DNA of 64,000 nt from Dehalococcoidia bacterium (GTDB lineage Bacteria; Chloroflexota; Dehalococcoidia; Lucifugimonadales; SHYF01), in NCBI GenBank assembly GCA_965248595.1, contig CBDFJM010000005.1:66400-130399 (forward strand), written 5' to 3'. The position numbers and the translations under genes were made by a program. Below, piece after piece: positions 36,993 through 46,246 of this stretch. Position 1 is the stretch's first letter. Each line of letters begins with the position of its first letter. The notes under the pieces are model-generated. The model saw nothing but the letters and a program-made list of their open reading frames with translations, did not search any database and was not told the DNA's origin.

Positions 36993-39900
36993 CTATCCCG
37001 GCGTGCCATTCTTACCCCTTCTGCGGTACAACCAGTAGGGCACAACCACAATGACCGCCAGCGCTCCGCTCACCACCAACGGAATCCAGGGACTCACTCG
37101 TCGCTCCGTAGCTATGTCTCCAGGAGTGGCTCTAGTTGCTGGTGTCTGCCCTGGCGTGGCACCAGTCGCTGGTGTACCCTGCGCAGCGGCCCCCACGGCG
37201 AACCGCGTTTCTGTCCCGCTAATGTTGAGCGTATAGCTCCCCTGAGGCCGGCCCTTGAGCGGCAAGGAGACCTGCAGAGTGGTCTGAGAGTCTACATGAA
37301 CCGTTTCCTGGGCCTCCTGAACCCCGTCAACTTCTAACTGTATGGTGAACTCTCCTTCCTGCTGGCCAAGGTTGGATAACAGGAACGAGATGAGAAGCGG
37401 TTCCTGAGGCGCTGCCGGCTGAGGCAACACCTCCAGTCGGGAGATATCCCAGGACGCTGGGGATTGCCTACGAGTTACCAGAAACTCTCCCTTGAGCACG
37501 TCGGAAATGGCGTCCGCCGATACTCCTTGCCTCACCTCGACCTGATACAGCCCCGGCGTGTCCCTGGTGAAAACTACCCTTTCTTGTGTCTTCCCTCTAC
37601 CATCCAAAGTCACCTCTTGCTGGGCCACCGGTTCGCCGTTCACCAGCACAGCAATCACCCCAGAAGCGGAGGTGAAGGCCCGGTTACGAATGGTTATAGT
37701 GGCTACAACCTCCTCTCCCCCAGCCACTGTGGGTGGTCCTACCACCAGGCTCTCCAGCACCAGGTCTGACCTAAGCACGGACGATATCACAGCAAAGGGC
37801 TGGCGCAACCCGCCTGCCTCCACTGTGAAGACACCCTCCCCCTGGGGTTGAAGTAGGAACATTGCTGGAAGGGTGGTTAGGCCGTCCACGGTGATCTCTC
37901 TCGTCGCCACCTCGCGCTGTTCCACGAACAACCTGGCCAGGTACATTCCCTCTATCTCTCCTGTGTTCTTGACAACGAGAGTTACCGTCACTGGATTCCC
38001 AGGCTCCACAGTAGAAGGCTCCACCCTCAAGTCTATTGCCTGGATGGAAGCGGGGGTAGGCTCCCTGGCCACTACGAACTCCCCACGGGCGTTGAGCAGG
38101 GCCACCTGGTAAGTCCCTTCCCTCTGTCCAACCAGTTGGAAAGTGACCTCTGTGGTCTCGCCAGAGGACAGGGCCAGCCACTGCTGGTCCGTGGGAACGC
38201 TATTCACCAGAAGGAGTGCCTGGGAGACTACAGACCGAGGGCCTACGTTGCTCACAGTGGCCTTCAGCTCCACCGGCTGACCGGGAGCAGTTTGTTGGGG
38301 AGCGACGCCCAACTGAGAGACTTGCGCATGACCTAATACGTCCAGTATCCCCGCTTGCAGCTTGACCTCACTTCCTCCCACAGCCAGGGAGTAGGCTCCC
38401 GGCGTCCGAACCGTTAGGTAGAAAACCGCGGCCATTGAGCCATCTTCCAGCACCTGAACCCGCTCCACCGCCACGGGCTCGTTGTTGACTAACAACACGG
38501 CGTTGCTGAGTAGAGACTCGCCTGGGGCCGCATCCGCCACGGCCCTCACCTCCATCGGGACGCCTACCACCGCCACGGGTGCTGCCATGGCAACATTCCG
38601 TATCTTCGGAGGCGCTCCATTGGCTAGCCACACCAGGGCAAAAGTACCCTCCCCCTGCGACACCTTCGCCTTTAGCATCGTTTGGGAGCCAGCGGGAACG
38701 GTCTCGCTGACGGGCGATAGCTCCACGTCACCCGTTGCCCTAACCAGGGCAACTTCCAATGTCCCGGACCCTACCGATGGCAGCCATGAGGAGGGCACAC
38801 CAAAGGACACCGTGGCAAGGCCATCCTGTCCTCCAGGACTCTGGAACGGGGCCTCCAACGTGGCCGATGCTATTACTTGGACCAATGTTTTGGCCTTCCT
38901 CCGCGCCTCTAACTCCACTGCGGCCATGGCTTCCGCTCCTGGGCGAAGGCCCGGAGTAAGACGCACGGGCACGTCCAGTATCAAGCCAACTATGGGAAAC
39001 TCAATGCCGAAGGAGACAAGGTCCACCACTGCCGCTGAAGAAGGTATCTGCAAGATGGTGTCTGGCACCACCAGCATCAGCTTGCCAGAGGTCAGCTTCA
39101 CACCTGCTACATCGCCAGAGACAAGGCTGGTGGTGACCACCAGGCGGGCCACCTCTTTATATGCTGGGTTGCGCAGGGGGATGGCAACCACTCCTCCTTC
39201 ATAGACAACCCCTGAGACCGAGTCTCTGAAATAGTCCAGGGTCTTCCCAGGAGGAAGCGCCGCTGGCAGAGTGACCACCATGCTGTCGGATGTGGCAAGC
39301 AAGCTAACCGCATCCCGGGTGATGGCGAGCTGGTTTCCGTCCTTGTCCGCAGCGCTGGAGGTAGGCAGGGAGATGCCTATGGAGGGAGGGATGTGCAAGT
39401 CAAAGGCGGGAGACACCACAATGATGGAACCAGGGACATCTCCTATCAGCACTGTATGGCTCCCAGGAGCGTTGTGCACTGTTTCGAAGGAGACCGTACT
39501 GGTCTGCCCCACCCCCAAGAGGTCACTGCGTATGTCCACTACCACGCCGTCAATGGCCAGGGGGATCTGGTACATGCCCAGGGCAGAGCCTGCATTCTCT
39601 ACCGTCGCTCGCACCAATATGGACTCGCCCGGCACCGCAACCTGTGGGTCTAAGTACAGGTCCCGGACAACAAACTGGGGTGATAAGACCTGGAAGGTGA
39701 CTGCCTGGGAACCCACCCGTGCCACATGCGCCCCAGGCTCAGAGCGCACCACGGTGAACCTGACTGTCTGACTGGCCCCCGCCGGCAGCCCCACGAGCCG
39801 CTCCTCCTCCGTTAGGTCGTCTACCCGCAAAACGACCTCGAACTCGGCCTCCTGGTCCGAAGGGTTGTGCACAGTGGCCTCTACCCGCACAGGCTCGCCT

Positions 39901-40130
39901 GGACTGGTAACAGAAGGAGCTACGGAAAGGCTCTCCACCTCCAAAGATGGCAGAAACGAATCCGCATCCGCCTGCCCCAAGAACAGCAGAGCGACGCTCC
40001 ACATTCCCAGGACCAGCAGCGCCGTTCCCCGGCGCCATATCTGGCACCTTGTGGCATTGCTAGGGTTGGATGGTATCAATCTCTCACCTTCCCGTTCATC
40101 CTTGTCCCCTCTTCCGGGTCCAACCTCCAA
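36993..40130 (-). CDS. large cell-surface protein with about seven CARDB-like Ig-fold repeats, N-terminal TM segment and C-terminal TM anchor
   Basis: Recurring units of about 90 aa of the form V.P..v.pG.pV.v.atV.N.G...g...v.L.vdg. A Pro/Thr-rich linker is followed by PLVVSGALAVIVVVPYWLYRRRGK at the C-terminus. Confidence 0.7.
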   Translation of the reverse strand: MEVGPGRGDKDEREGERLIPSNPSNATRCQIWRRGTALLVLGMWSVALLFLGQADADSFLPSLEVESLSVAPSVTSPGEPVRVEATVHNPSDQEAEFEVVLRVDDLTEEERLVGLPAGASQTVRFTVVRSEPGAHVARVGSQAVTFQVLSPQFVVRDLYLDPQVAVPGESILVRATVENAGSALGMYQIPLAIDGVVVDIRSDLLGVGQTSTVSFETVHNAPGSHTVLIGDVPGSIIVVSPAFDLHIPPSIGISLPTSSAADKDGNQLAITRDAVSLLATSDSMVVTLPAALPPGKTLDYFRDSVSGVVYEGGVVAIPLRNPAYKEVARLVVTTSLVSGDVAGVKLTSGKLMLVVPDTILQIPSSAAVVDLVSFGIEFPIVGLILDVPVRLTPGLRPGAEAMAAVELEARRKAKTLVQVIASATLEAPFQSPGGQDGLATVSFGVPSSWLPSVGSGTLEVALVRATGDVELSPVSETVPAGSQTMLKAKVSQGEGTFALVWLANGAPPKIRNVAMAAPVAVVGVPMEVRAVADAAPGESLLSNAVLLVNNEPVAVERVQVLEDGSMAAVFYLTVRTPGAYSLAVGGSEVKLQAGILDVLGHAQVSQLGVAPQQTAPGQPVELKATVSNVGPRSVVSQALLLVNSVPTDQQWLALSSGETTEVTFQLVGQREGTYQVALLNARGEFVVAREPTPASIQAIDLRVEPSTVEPGNPVTVTLVVKNTGEIEGMYLARLFVEQREVATREITVDGLTTLPAMFLLQPQGEGVFTVEAGGLRQPFAVISSVLRSDLVLESLVVGPPTVAGGEEVVATITIRNRAFTSASGVIAVLVNGEPVAQQEVTLDGRGKTQERVVFTRDTPGLYQVEVRQGVSADAISDVLKGEFLVTRRQSPASWDISRLEVLPQPAAPQEPLLISFLLSNLGQQEGEFTIQLEVDGVQEAQETVHVDSQTTLQVSLPLKGRPQGSYTLNISGTETRFAVGAAAQGTPATGATPGQTPATRATPGDIATERRVSPWIPLVVSGALAVIVVVPYWLYRRRGKNGTPG

Positions 40131-40632
40131 AAGGATGACTCACACGCCGGTCCACCACTATCTTCACCACGTACCAGGCGAAGGCCAGGCCGAGTGTCAC
40201 ACCTACGCTGTCCACCACCACGTCCATAGCAGAAGCATACCTTCCTGGCACAAAAGACTGGTGATACTCGTCCAGGACACCGTACAGCACCCCCAGGCCC
40301 GCAGTGAGGAAAGCCCAGCGGGCCTGGGGCGTCGGACCAGCCACCCAGCTGGCCAGCGCAACCATAGCTAGCGTTCCCAGAACTCCGTACAAAAACAGGT
40401 GGCCGGCCACATCCCGCAGCTTCCCCAGCCAGGCTAATCCCCCCAGTTGCTTAGGCAGTTCTGGTGGAGTCAGGGAGGAGAGGTAGAAGATAAGCCCCAT
40501 CCAGGCTAGCAGGGAGGCCGCCGCTGCCAGCCGCCCTATCCACCGCAAGAGCCGCATGCGTGCATGTCGCATGGTTGCACCACTATTCTTGCCCACGGCT
40601 GGAACCTCACCTCCTGCGCCGGGCTTTATCAC
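40096..40632 (-). CDS. VanZ-like family membrane protein
   Basis: HLFLYGVLGTL...LYGVLDEYHQSFVPGRYASAMDVVVDSVG is the VanZ signature. Its start overlaps the upstream stop (ATGA). Confidence 0.75.
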   Translation of the reverse strand: MIKPGAGGEVPAVGKNSGATMRHARMRLLRWIGRLAAAASLLAWMGLIFYLSSLTPPELPKQLGGLAWLGKLRDVAGHLFLYGVLGTLAMVALASWVAGPTPQARWAFLTAGLGVLYGVLDEYHQSFVPGRYASAMDVVVDSVGVTLGLAFAWYVVKIVVDRRVSHPFGGWTRKRGQG

Positions 40633-42275
40633 CTGCCACCGCCCTTCAGCAGCCTTGGCCTTACCGTGACCACAATGGCGTCTATGTACTGCCCTGGCGT
40701 TTCACCGGCAATGAACAGGCCCCTGGAATCAATGGTGCCCGCTCGCTCATCCTCCAAGCGCCACGTAGCAGTTACGTCAAAAAGTCGAACCCCATTTGTA
40801 TCGTAGGCCAGATAGGTAAACTGGACCACCTGTTTGGGAGAGACCACCACCTGCTGGGGCACCACCTGCACGCGGGCCAACGGCCCCAGGATGATCACCT
40901 TGGCTGACGCGGCCAGCCTGGCCTGGCTTTCACCTTCCCCCTGGGTCGCCTCCGCCGTGACGGCGTCCTCATATATGCCTGGGTTGCCTACGGCGGTGAC
41001 CACCCCTTTGGGAGTCACCTGGACCACCTCCGAGTTGGATGACCAACTCAGCGACGCGGTGGGGAGAAGCTGGCCTGCGCGAGTTAGCGCCGTAGCGCCG
41101 AGGCGGATGGATTCCCCTGGCCGCAGCCATACCACCTCCTGGGTCAGGAGGACCCGTGTAACCAGTTGAGGGTTCGTTACAGGTGCCAGCACCGTTACAG
41201 TGGCCGAGACCATTAGGACTACCGTGGCCTCCCCTTCGGTGGGTGTCACGGTGACCTCTACCAGGCTGGGGTATGTGCCTGGAGTTTGCCCGGCGTGGAA
41301 CCGCCCCTGGTCATCCAGTTCCCCTGCTGTTGGGTCTTGCAGCGTCCACTTGGTCTCTACGTTCTTGAACAGGTTGCCCCTCTGGTCCAGCACCAGAGCG
41401 CGGAAGGCTATGGTGTCGCCAGGACGCAGGGTCACAGCCTGGGGATAAAGACTTAGCTTGGAAGGCACCCCTACTACAGCCACCTCTATCACTGTGACGG
41501 AGACGGTAGCTGTGACGCTCTGGGTTGGGTCCTCTTTCTTGTGGGCAACCACACGCACGGCAGCAGGGAAGATGCCCAGCTGCGTGCCACTGGTAAACTG
41601 CCCGCCCAGCTCCACGCGGCCTGCCCGGGCATCGAGCATCTCCCAGGAGAGGCTTACCCCAGGAATTGGGACTCCATCCCGGTCCACTGCCAGGGCAACC
41701 AACGGCACCTGGCTCTGACGTTCCACCTGTAGCTCTGACGGTAGCACTTGGACACGGCTGATGTCCTGCTCCGAAAGAGGCCGGATTATGGACACGGAGG
41801 CCAGCCCCTGGAGTTCGACCAGCCTCCCATCCACTTCCTGGGAAACGGTCACCTCTACGGCTTGATTGTAGACACCGCGCTGGAAACCAGCGCGGAACAC
41901 GCCGGTCCTGGTGACGGCTCCAGCCTGGAGGTCCAGCATCCGCCAGCGACTCTCCACCTCCTGCGGTGGCACAGCGCTGCCCTGGCTGTCATAGCCAACG
42001 GCGGAGAACACAGCGGTCTCACCGGCGGGCAGGATCATGTGACTGGGAATAACAACTACCCGGCTCAACCGGCGCTGGCTTACCTCCCCAACCGTCAGAG
42101 AGGCAAATGCCACCACCTGTTCGGCGGCAGAGACAGCTCCCCCAGACTTGGGTGTGGGGGTTGCGTCAGGCTGCTGGGAACCGCGAGGGGTACAGCCAGC
42201 TGCCAGAAGCACAAACGATAATATGGCAGGGAGAAAGGAACGCCAGAGACGGCGGCTCCTGGTTTCAGATAACAT
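40629..42275 (-). CDS. lipoprotein with tandem bacterial Ig-like (Big_2-type) domains
   Basis: Lipobox LLAAGC. Five to six repeats of about 85 aa of the form V.V.P..v.l.pGe...f.A.a.D..G......v.W.....aG.vd..G.f.AG..pG.Y. Confidence 0.65.
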   Translation of the reverse strand: MLSETRSRRLWRSFLPAILSFVLLAAGCTPRGSQQPDATPTPKSGGAVSAAEQVVAFASLTVGEVSQRRLSRVVVIPSHMILPAGETAVFSAVGYDSQGSAVPPQEVESRWRMLDLQAGAVTRTGVFRAGFQRGVYNQAVEVTVSQEVDGRLVELQGLASVSIIRPLSEQDISRVQVLPSELQVERQSQVPLVALAVDRDGVPIPGVSLSWEMLDARAGRVELGGQFTSGTQLGIFPAAVRVVAHKKEDPTQSVTATVSVTVIEVAVVGVPSKLSLYPQAVTLRPGDTIAFRALVLDQRGNLFKNVETKWTLQDPTAGELDDQGRFHAGQTPGTYPSLVEVTVTPTEGEATVVLMVSATVTVLAPVTNPQLVTRVLLTQEVVWLRPGESIRLGATALTRAGQLLPTASLSWSSNSEVVQVTPKGVVTAVGNPGIYEDAVTAEATQGEGESQARLAASAKVIILGPLARVQVVPQQVVVSPKQVVQFTYLAYDTNGVRLFDVTATWRLEDERAGTIDSRGLFIAGETPGQYIDAIVVTVRPRLLKGGGR

Positions 42276-42277
42276 GC

Positions 42278-44008
42278 CTATCTTTTTCGCACCCGCTCAT
42301 AGACTGTCACCTCGCCCCAGTCTGCCGCCTTGAAAAACAGCTCCGGGTGCTCCTCTAGCGCAATGCGGAACTTGTCCGGTGACTCCCCGGCGAAATAGTC
42401 CTGTACCGCCAAATACCGCCCCCCCAGCTCCTCCAGGAGCTGGTAAGCTTGGGGGATATCCACTTTTCCACTCCACATCATCATACGCAAGGCACGCACG
42501 GTGCGCCAGTTCCTGGCACCTTCATCATGCCAGCCGTCCACCACCTCCCGTCGCAAGTAGTAGGGCAAAAGGAAGTCATCCCAGTGCCAAAACCCTACGC
42601 CTAGTACCTTGCCCTGATACTTCTCCTCGCCAAACCAGTCCAACGCCTGCTGTGTCGCAGGAGTCACCTGGTAGGGACGAAACAGCCGCTGCGACGCCAC
42701 CGCTCCATCCCACAGCGCCTGGCCTAGGACGAGTGCCACCAGCAGCCCGCTCACAGCTCCCGGGAGCCACGCTGGTGGCTGGCGCAGGCGCGACAAAGCA
42801 ACCAGGGCGGTACCGGCGCTGGCCAGAAATGGCACACCCACCACAGCGATTACCGGGGCCATGTACAACTGGAACCTGGCCACGTCCACACCGTCGAAAG
42901 GCCGTACCCGTAACAACGGGTTGACCTGCTCTCCAAGGCTGAACGCCACCAGCACCACCAGCAGAATGGCGTAAGGCGTGACGCGAGACGGCACAAGGAA
43001 CGACTGTACAACGCCTCCAATGGCCATGGCAATAAGGCCCAAGCCCAGATAGTTGGGATAGGCGTATAAGCCGATAAGGTCCCTCTGGGTTATGGCCCCA
43101 AAGTATTGGGTTAGTGGAAAGCTCCACAGACCGGGGGTCTCGCGCTGAAACCCTGCTTGGATCAGATTAATCGCCCAGGGCACCACCCACCATGCAACTG
43201 TGGCCACTGTGGCCAGGCCGAAGCCCGCCGTGACCCGGTACAGGTGTCGCTGGGGAACGGAATGCCCTATGTAGCAAAAGAGGAACCATCCTGGCAAACC
43301 CAGGGCAAAGGCGAAGGCGGTCATGTGGTGCGCCAGCACGGATAGCCCTAATGCCACTCCGCCCAGAGTGGCCCAGCGGACGCGCCCGCCGGAATAGGCT
43401 CGCTCCAGGAGCGCCAGGGCCACCAGCGCCAAAGGCAGGGCAACCACCGAGCTGAACCATCCCCACAGGCCAACAGCCACCATCATGGGATACGCCAGCA
43501 CCGTCAGAACAGCAGCCAGGGCCGACCAGGAGCGGGCGTTTCCCAACTGCCTGGTCAGGAGGTAGGTTGCCATCCCAGTACCAACGTATGCCCCCAGCAG
43601 CACTGTTTTGTAGACAAACACAAAACCTGCTCCTGGCACGGCAGCCAGAACTCCTACCAGGCTGTAGCTCAACGGCGGATACGTGGTAAACGGACGAAAA
43701 CCTCCGTACCAGTAGGGGTCCACCCATCCGCCAGCGCCCTGGAGCGTCTCGCGGGTAAACCAGCTCAGGTGCAGGAACGTTGGAGTATCTACCCCTGGAG
43801 GGAAACCTGGAAGCAAGAGGTGGCGCGCCGCCACCAGCCCCACCGCTGTCACAGCCACTGCTACCAGCCCGTCCACGAAGAGCGGGTTTCTGAATATCCC
43901 TGTCCTCCACCCTTCTACGCTAGACCGGCCGAGGCGCAGAAAGAGTCTGCTGACAGGCCATAGCTTTCCTCTGTCATTCTGAGCGAAGCGAAGAATCTTG
44001 TCTGTCAT
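42278..44008 (-). CDS. polytopic membrane protein, GT-C-fold glycosyltransferase candidate
   Basis: About 12 hydrophobic helices, an early loop PGFPPGVDTPTF and a soluble C-terminal domain of about 150 aa. First gene of a tightly packed four-gene unit. The annotated N-terminus MTDKILRFAQNDR is a translated repeat element, so the true start is uncertain. Confidence 0.4.
   Translation of the reverse strand: MTDKILRFAQNDRGKLWPVSRLFLRLGRSSVEGWRTGIFRNPLFVDGLVAVAVTAVGLVAARHLLLPGFPPGVDTPTFLHLSWFTRETLQGAGGWVDPYWYGGFRPFTTYPPLSYSLVGVLAAVPGAGFVFVYKTVLLGAYVGTGMATYLLTRQLGNARSWSALAAVLTVLAYPMMVAVGLWGWFSSVVALPLALVALALLERAYSGGRVRWATLGGVALGLSVLAHHMTAFAFALGLPGWFLFCYIGHSVPQRHLYRVTAGFGLATVATVAWWVVPWAINLIQAGFQRETPGLWSFPLTQYFGAITQRDLIGLYAYPNYLGLGLIAMAIGGVVQSFLVPSRVTPYAILLVVLVAFSLGEQVNPLLRVRPFDGVDVARFQLYMAPVIAVVGVPFLASAGTALVALSRLRQPPAWLPGAVSGLLVALVLGQALWDGAVASQRLFRPYQVTPATQQALDWFGEEKYQGKVLGVGFWHWDDFLLPYYLRREVVDGWHDEGARNWRTVRALRMMMWSGKVDIPQAYQLLEELGGRYLAVQDYFAGESPDKFRIALEEHPELFFKAADWGEVTVYERVRKR
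43973..43997. repeat. solo copy of the GTCATTCTGAGCGAAGCGAAGAATC repeat
   Basis: Exact reverse complement of 36937..36961. Related units lie at 36871..36895 and 32881..32892. Confidence 0.75.
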
Positions 44009-44150
44009 AGGGATTCGCGTTGTTGCATTAACTGTGCTGTGCGGAGGACAGCCTACAAGATTCCTCGACGTCCTCCCGATAAGCCGGGATCCGGACTACG
44101 CAAAATTATATGAATTGAGCTAGGTGTTACGGGGTGTATCGTCACAGCGG

Positions 44151-44924
44151 CTAACGTCCCAGGCGCGGGAAGAACCTTCGACGGGCTGGCCTGGACTCCG
44201 GAAGTGTTACAGGTGCCCCAGCGATGACAGCCGATGGATTGGTCACGGCTATGCAGTGGGCGGCCTCCTTTCCCACCAGTCGCTCCACGGCAGCTACGGC
44301 ATCCATCATCACCGGCGGGCGGTTCTTGCTAGCTGTATGGCCATCGGAAGCCAGAAGGTGTACCAGGTTGTTCCTTAGTAGATGTTCAACGCTGCGCTGG
44401 GCCTCCTTCCCAAAATGGCCCAGGACGCTTCCCCCCGTGATCTGGCTTAACACACCCCGCGCCATCAGCCCGGCCAGCAGATCTGGCCGCTCCTGGATGT
44501 TTGCCTGGCGTTCGGGGTGGGCCAAGACCGGTGTGAAGCCCAGAAGTTGAAGCTGAAACAACGCGTCATCGGTGTGGGCAGGGTACTGGAGAAAGTCAAT
44601 CTCCGCCAACAAATACCTGGACCCGTTCAGACCCACGCCGGTGCCTTTTTGAACCTCCTGCAATAGTTCCATGGACAGCAGGTACTCCACGCCCATGAGC
44701 ACATTCATCTCAATGGCCTGGGTTCGCAGCTCCTGGTTGAAGGTCGAAATCCGCTGCTCCAAAGCGTCCTTGCCACCCTGGGCGGCAACTCGTGCCGCAT
44801 GAGGCGTGGCCACTATACCCCTAATGCCATCGGCAACGGCCATACGGGCCATAGCCATCGACTCCTCCATCATTTCGGGGCCATCGTCTATGCCTGGCAG
44901 TATGTGGCAATGGACATCGTACAT
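44151..44924 (-). CDS. CpsB/YwqE-type PHP-domain protein-tyrosine phosphatase
   Basis: MYDVHCHILPGIDDGP...IVATPH...LAHPER matches the metal-binding motifs of the CpsB family. Confidence 0.85.
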   Translation of the reverse strand: MYDVHCHILPGIDDGPEMMEESMAMARMAVADGIRGIVATPHAARVAAQGGKDALEQRISTFNQELRTQAIEMNVLMGVEYLLSMELLQEVQKGTGVGLNGSRYLLAEIDFLQYPAHTDDALFQLQLLGFTPVLAHPERQANIQERPDLLAGLMARGVLSQITGGSVLGHFGKEAQRSVEHLLRNNLVHLLASDGHTASKNRPPVMMDAVAAVERLVGKEAAHCIAVTNPSAVIAGAPVTLPESRPARRRFFPRLGR

Positions 44925-45279
44925 GGCTATGACTTCATACTCTACCATATCGCATATCTGCCACGCTTGTTGAGGCCACGGTCCCTGAAATCAGCCCCAC
45001 GATGTCTTGTGATAGAATGCGCGGCGTACTACCGGTGGGAACGAGCCCCGTTGTGGGATTCCCGCTCATACGGTTCCACGGGTCCGACTCTGTTGAGTGC
45101 CGACCAAGTCGAGCATGCACGATGAAATCGGCACTCTCCACTAAGTCGGAGGTCACCACGAACGGGAAAGAGCGTAGTCCGTTCGCCCTGATTATCCCGA
45201 AGGGCGGCCCATTGATAGTCACATTTCTTTGAGGACGGGACACTAGAACACCACACGCTCACACAAAGCGAGGAGGCCC

Positions 45280-46071
45280 ATGTTTAGACGATTGGCACGA
45301 CGTCCCCACATAGGGGTCGTGGAGTTCCACGGCACCCTGGGCGCTGGCATCCGGGCCAACACCTACTACCAGATATTGGACCGGCTGGAGAGGAGCGCCC
45401 GCATAGGATGCGTGGTTCTGGACATAGACTCTCCGGGTGGGTCCGTGTCGGCCTCCGAGGCGCTGTACCTGAAGGTAGTACGCCTTCGGCAGAAGAAACC
45501 CGTGGTCGCTTTCATACGGGGCACGGGCGCATCTGGGGCATACTTGGTGGCGTGCGCTGCCTCCCGCATCGTGGCCCAGCCCGGCGCCATAGTGGGGTCC
45601 ATCGGCGTTATCTCTCTCAGGCCAGTGTTGTGGGAGCTCATGCAGCGCCTGGGAGTCAGCGTGTCGGTGAGCAAGAGCGGCCCACTCAAGGATATGGGAG
45701 CGTTCTACCGTCCTGCCAGTCCAGAGGAAGAAGTGAAGGTGCAGAGCCTAGTTGACGACCTGTTCCAGGACATGGTGGAGCGTGTGGCGGAGTCGCGGCA
45801 CATGGAGCTGTCCCAGGTACGTGGCGTAGCCACTGGAGAGGTGTATGCCGCACGAAAGGCCAAGGGTTTGGGCCTGGTGGACGAGCTAGGGGATTTTGAT
45901 GGCGCGCTGGATGCCGCGGCATCCCTGGCCAACATACCGCGACGGGTAAGCTACGTTCGGCCACCACGCCCAGCACGGGTACGGCTGGTCGAACGGTTTG
46001 TGGGATGGGCCATGGAGTCGGTTGAAGATGAGGCTGGAACAGTGCTATCGCGCCGACTGTGGTACATGTAG
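45280..46071 (+). CDS. sppA: signal peptide peptidase SppA (36K type, S49 family)
   Basis: VVLDIDSPGGSVSASEAL...GASGAYLVACAA...GSIGV...K(S)GP.KD are typical S49 motifs with the Ser/Lys dyad. Confidence 0.85.
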   Translation: MFRRLARRPHIGVVEFHGTLGAGIRANTYYQILDRLERSARIGCVVLDIDSPGGSVSASEALYLKVVRLRQKKPVVAFIRGTGASGAYLVACAASRIVAQPGAIVGSIGVISLRPVLWELMQRLGVSVSVSKSGPLKDMGAFYRPASPEEEVKVQSLVDDLFQDMVERVAESRHMELSQVRGVATGEVYAARKAKGLGLVDELGDFDGALDAAASLANIPRRVSYVRPPRPARVRLVERFVGWAMESVEDEAGTVLSRRLWYM

Positions 46072-46246
46072 AGGTCACACATTTGCAAGCGCGTCATCCC
46101 GCCGCTCATTCCCTTCCATTCGGATACGCACAGGGTAAACTACACTCATGGTGAGCGGTTATGTATCCAGTCCTCCGACTTAAGTCATGGGTTTCAAGGC
46201 TGCCGCTCATGTAGGCTGAAGTGCAGGAGGGCATCTTGGGATAGAT

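Noticed and set aside
38482-39771. Plus-strand ORFs of 240 and 166 aa within the CARDB gene
   Set aside because: They are antisense shadow ORFs of a repeat-rich, GC3-biased gene. They have a Ser/Thr/Pro-rich composition and no start-site signals.
44949-45279. 330-bp gene-free stretch upstream of sppA as a possible ncRNA or riboswitch (contains TGtGATAGAAT, an extended -10-like sequence)
   Set aside because: I could not match it to any riboswitch or RNA family core I know (TPP, B12, SAM, glycine, c-di-GMP, ZTP, 6S, SRP). I also found no convincing long-range pairing by eye. A covariance-model scan is needed before any claim.
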